Assembly (NCBI RefSeq): GCF_009914755.1
Contig: NC_060930.1
DNA length: 64,000 nt
Source: the human T2T-CHM13v2.0 reference genome, Homo sapiens
Reading direction: 5' to 3' (one strand)
The notes beneath the pieces are model-generated. The model was given only the letters and a program-made list of their open reading frames with translations, made no database searches and had not been told where the DNA came from. Below, piece after piece: positions 59,453 through 64,000 of the stretch (the stretch's first letter is position 1; every line of letters begins with the position of its first letter). Position numbers and translations under genes: made by a program.

Positions 59453-62059
59453 ATTAAGGCATATTTAACAAGAAATAACCTACAAACCTATCCATGCTTC
59501 TTAAAGCCTTACTGAAAATAACAAGTCACAGAGTTTAGAATGTGGTAATACAGTAATATCAGAAAAACTATGACAGAAAGAAGGAAAGAGAAAATACTTT
59601 CTAAAATTGAGTAAACATATTCTAGAAACATTCTTATTTGAGTATGAGAATTCTGCAAATGATACTGAATTTTAAGCAATGATCCTGGATTATAGGGTTA
59701 TTCTCAAAGTGGAGGGACTAAACTTAGCACATACAGACAAAAAGATGAAACAGAAATAAATCACACTTATAACCTCATCATTCCAAAGTAATCTTAATAA
59801 AATAATAGCAGGAGAGATAAATTTGAAAGGCTTTAATATTAGATACCTGGGTCAATTTAAAATGCCATACCAGACTATATTTTGATGTGCTAACACTGAC
59901 CTCTCAATAGTTCTTCTGTAAATCATCAAGGAAACTTATGTAATAATCAATTTATACAATTAATGTGGTAGTTTTGGAATTAAATGCATTACCTTATAAA
60001 AGAGAAATACAAAGCAATGTAGTGAAACTTCCCAAGCAAATATATGTGTATCAACTGAAATACACATATACATATCATATACATATATATACACACACGT
60101 GTATGTGTACTTACAAATAATGCGTGCATACATATACATATGTATGTATAAAATATGTGTATATGTGTTTATATATGTAAACATAAATATAGACATAGAC
60201 TTGTGAAAGAGACCAATGAAAGCAGATAATTATAATTTGAAATGGTGATTTTAATATGTATTCAGTCATAAAAGTGGACCAACATCAATAGAAAGGAAAG
60301 GACAGAGAGCTGAGGGTGTGTAAACTGCTGCTCTCTTTTTGCTGTTGGGTCAACATGTCAGCAATGCTTTCATATGGAGCAGCTTGCAGACATGAAACAA
60401 GGTGGTTCCTCCTTTCTTTGCCTTTGGATTGTGCTGTTGTTAGTGTCCAGAGACCAGACTGTCCATATAGGGTTCTTTTTGTGATTCTTTATTATAATCC
60501 CCTGAGGAAGTCAGACGAGCCTGGGGTTACTGGAGACAGTGTCTTGCTTGGCGTAGTTATCATCCACAAATCATCTGCTATAAATATATCTCAGAAGGAT
60601 CATCATCAGGCCAGCTCAGTAGCCTGCAATTTATGAAGGTTATGAGAAACAATGTGAAGGGTGAAGCGCTTTATTAAGGGTGGCTTTCTTTTCTGACCCT
60701 GCCCTGACTTCTACTTGAATATAAATGATCCTGGGAGTAAGTGAACCTTTCCATTTAGGATTTAGGCTTTTAAATTGTCCCTTTCAGCTGTTATTCTTAT
60801 GCCACTGTGTCATGACTTTAAGAATTTCTAAGAAACATCAAAATCAGTGTTACAAGATAATATGAGAAATCACTAGATGCAAAATAGAGGTATAACTGAA
60901 CCTCACATTACATTCTTTCCTTTTTATGTATAAACCATCCAAAGCATTTTTTCCTCCGTTTTTATTCCACATCTGTCATGCTTTTTTTTCCTCTGGATAA
61001 AGTAACAGAACTGACCAAATTGCCTTGCGAAAATCATAATTACGATCTCTAGGGAAGTTGAAATAAATAAAATGTTTTTCTCCTTTGTGTTGCTCAATGT
61101 TCTTTGTTTTTAAAAGAAAATGTGTTGCTTAAACGGTGTTTCAAAATTTGTTCTGGACATAAACCCTAATTATTTCCTTTTAACATTTCCTTAAATGAAT
61201 AAAAAATATTGTAAAGAACCAAAATGACACAAAACCAAAATGCCACCCAGGCTGCTCTCTTGCCGGTGATTTGTTACTGGGAAAATAGTTAAAGCCTGCT
61301 GGGGAATTATTAACTGTTTCCCCTTACAGTGTTTATCCCAGGCATTCGTTTAAGACGGGAAAGCCTTGAAGAGGGTCACTCTATTAATATGCATTAAGAA
61401 GTAAAGGACCAATTTTAATATTTCAAACAACTCCAGTGGATAACAGACCATAAACTTCCTGTTTTCACTATCAATCTCTTTTAAAATGGTGTTCTTGGCT
61501 ATCCATAATCGCCCCAGGGGAGAGAAACAAGCGGAGGAAAAAAATGCAAGAGTGAGGGGAACAAATGATGGAAAATTGCTTTATTCAACTTCACCTGCCG
61601 CTCGAGAAACTCACCCTTACGAAGATTCCAGCACTTTATATGAATTACCCATTATGGTTTCCTCCCACCACATCACTGCACTATTTTAGCACTTGTTTTG
61701 CAAACCACCAACTGCGTTTACAAGTAGAAACATAATCAGGAGGCGAATGACCTTTTGTAGCATGTATCTGAAGCTGGTTTATCAGACACTTCGTCAGCCA
61801 ACTGTCCAGGAGGCAAAATGACTATCTATGATGATAGATAGACAGACAGATAGATAGTTAGATTAAAAGGTGGGGAAACATCCCTTTTCCCTTTTTCCTT
61901 TCTATATAATCTGGTTTTTTCTCTTCACCCCTTTTCTCGCTTCTTCCCACCCCGTCCCCAAACCTGTTACTAGGGAAACTTGAAAAAGAATCAGATACAT
62001 TAAGACTACAAAACGAAACAAAAGTTTAGACCCCGAAACCATGATTCCATTGCCAAGCA

Positions 62060-63150
62060 CAAAGCAATGCAAGAGCCCAACGTCGGTCGCCGCACCGCGA
62101 TCCTGACAAAGCCTGTATGGAGCCAGAACAAATAAGATGTTAATTGCAGCCTCGCAGAGAAAAAAATACTATTGTTCCAGCCAGAGACACTCAGCAGCTC
62201 GGTAGCTGGGATGTGCCCCCTCCGCTGCGGACTGGATCAATTCTGAATCCCGGTACTGAAATGACAGCTCTCTGGCTGCGACAGGTCTGCGCTGAAAGAA
62301 AGAGAAAGACGATCAAGTCCAGCATTCACTTCCCACCCTTCAGAGTCGCCTTCCCATCCTCCGCACCCCCCTGCCTCGCCTCCCAGTGAGTTTCTCTTAC
62401 AGTTGGTCGCCGCCAGCCCCAGCGGTGGGAACTGAGGATGCAAAAACCTCCCAGACGCAGAAAATACCGCTTTCGGGACGTGCTTGGGTTTGAGTAGCCG
62501 TGACGTGCAGGCGAACCGCGGCCCTGGCTGGAGCTCCGTGGAGCCCCCCTCCCGCCAGCCTCTCCCCCGCCCTCCCGCCGGGACTCCCTCCTCTCCCACC
62601 CCGCGGCTCCCTTCGCCTTCTCTCTCACACACCCGCCCGCGCCCCCGGCAGGCAGAACTCCAGGAAGTCGCAGCGGCCGCGCCGCGCGAGCCGAGCCTCT
62701 GGCGGGCGGCGGGGCGCACCGCAGCTGTGCATAAGAGGGGCGCGCGGCACCCGGGACGCGCGCGCACACGAGCACGCGGGAGGCCGCCGCGCGGACGCGC
62801 TCCCGGGACACGCGCACCCCCCGCGCGCGCGCCCAAGGGAGAGCGAGCACTGCGCGCCGGCGCGCACACCCGAGACAGAGCTTTACTATCTCGCTCCCTC
62901 TCGCGCCTCCCTCCTCGCTGGGCATTCAAACAGCTTTCCGACATCACCAGCCAAGGATTTTTTTCCCCGCTCTCCTTAGTCGCCGTCCGTCCATCAGTAC
63001 CTGCAGGGGGGAGGAGGAGGAGGGAGGAAAGCGGAAAGAGGAAAAAGCATAAGCTTGAGCCTTCCGATCCGACCACGAATACTCCTGTAATAAACCCACC
63101 GCCCCAACAAATCTGCCATAGCAGCCGCCGCCGCCGCCGGTCACTTCTCG
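62060..63150 (+). promoter_or_regulatory. ADGRB3: CpG-island promoter, probably of ADGRB3 (BAI3)
   Basis: Abrupt CpG/GC-rich island with GC boxes (ccccgccctccc), TGACGTG at 62501 and alternating CG tracts, followed by a non-coding exon. Gene identity is from recalled 5'UTR sequence. Confidence 0.75.
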
Positions 63151-63567
63151 TCTCAGCGCTTTCTTTGCTTCTTGGTTTGTTGGGGGTAGCTTTTATGAAA
63201 CAAATCTTTGCTATTAAGCCACTTACATTTTGGGGGGTTCCTTAGAGTCTCCCTTGGGGGGGCTTCTCCCTCCCTTTAGCCCCCCTCGGTTTGGAGGTTG
63301 GATTCAGTTGGATACGGCGCAAGGTTCTGGGCTCCTGCTGGCTTTTTTTTCCTCTCTCTCATCGACCCCCCTTTGGTTCCCACCCCCCACCTTTTGCTTT
63401 TCGTATGTATGCATTTTTAAAAATAAATCCTGATTTTGGAAGCTGAGCCGGGGAAAATGGGCAACGGTGATTGGGACCGAAGGGGAGTCTCTCCGTCACT
63501 GTTGCTGGGACGCGTGCCTGTGCTGGTGTCTTAGAGCAAGAGCCTCCCTGAGCTTTCGGAGTGGAAG
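62870..63567 (+). other. ADGRB3: Non-coding first exon (5'UTR), probably of ADGRB3; TSS position uncertain
   Basis: Ends in the strong donor GGAAG|GTAAGG (63567/63568). The sequence gcagccgccgccgcc...gagctttcggagtggaag matches my recollection of the ADGRB3/BAI3 mRNA leader. The main CDS is not in this window. Confidence 0.7.
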
Positions 63568-64000
63568 GTAAGGAAGGGGGTCCAGGGGTCACCTTTTCTC
63601 TGCCGGGGGTCGCCACCGTGGAGCTTTGGGCTTAATGTTTGAGAAGGGAGGAAAATGAAAGGAAAGGCTGTTGCTGGCGGATGGGGAGGCTGTGAGCAGA
63701 TCCGACTGTCTGCATTTACTTAAACGCCGCAGTTGAAAAGTTAGAGAAGTCTGGTTTTCAAGAGATGTGCTGGGTCAGAAGGAATAAGCGGAGAGACCTA
63801 GAAAATCTGGCAGTTTTGTGTGATTGGGGTAATTTTATGAGGGGAAAATTTTAGGTTAAAAGGAAGTTAAGAGAAGGCAGTGGGTCTTCTATTGGGGGGA
63901 AAAATCTGTGGAGTGATGGCGCCGTCTATGTTCGACTAAACTAAAGTGTCACCCAGAAAATCAGTTTTGAGAATAGCTAAACTCAATGCTGGTTTGCTTC

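Noticed and set aside
62979-63001. REST/RE1-like half sites (gtcgccgtcc and tcagtacc)
   Set aside because: The half sites are degenerate and not in canonical order or orientation, which is too weak to call.
62237-63245. Long ORFs of 279, 253, 199 and 159 aa across the CpG island
   Set aside because: They are low-complexity Arg/Pro/Ala/Gly-rich frames open on both strands because of GC richness, several start at non-ATG codons, and none has a recognisable domain.

Overview
Human-type (primate) genomic DNA, mostly interspersed repeats with no intact cellular protein-coding exon. The right end (about 62.0-64.0 kb) is a CpG-island promoter and a non-coding first exon with a splice donor at 63567/63568. 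I recognise this from memory as the 5' end of ADGRB3 (BAI3). The upstream ~62 kb holds many L1s, a near full-length HERV-L/MLT2A provirus (27811-37292), a complete THE1 MaLR element, DNA transposons (MER1, MER2, Tigger2a, MER58), several Alus and a consensus-like AluYa5 with an A52 tail. The most notable observation is a ~10.2 kb TSD-bounded retro-insertion (15945-26130, minus strand). In it, three spliced 5' exons of a KRAB zinc-finger mRNA (a leader, a 127-nt KRAB-A exon and a 61-nt KRAB-C exon) are joined directly to the 5' region of a near full-length old L1. This is a KRAB-L1 chimeric transcript that retrotransposed as one unit, and it sits within a five-level nest of mobile elements. Repeat subfamily names come from recalled consensus sequences and were not checked by a search.
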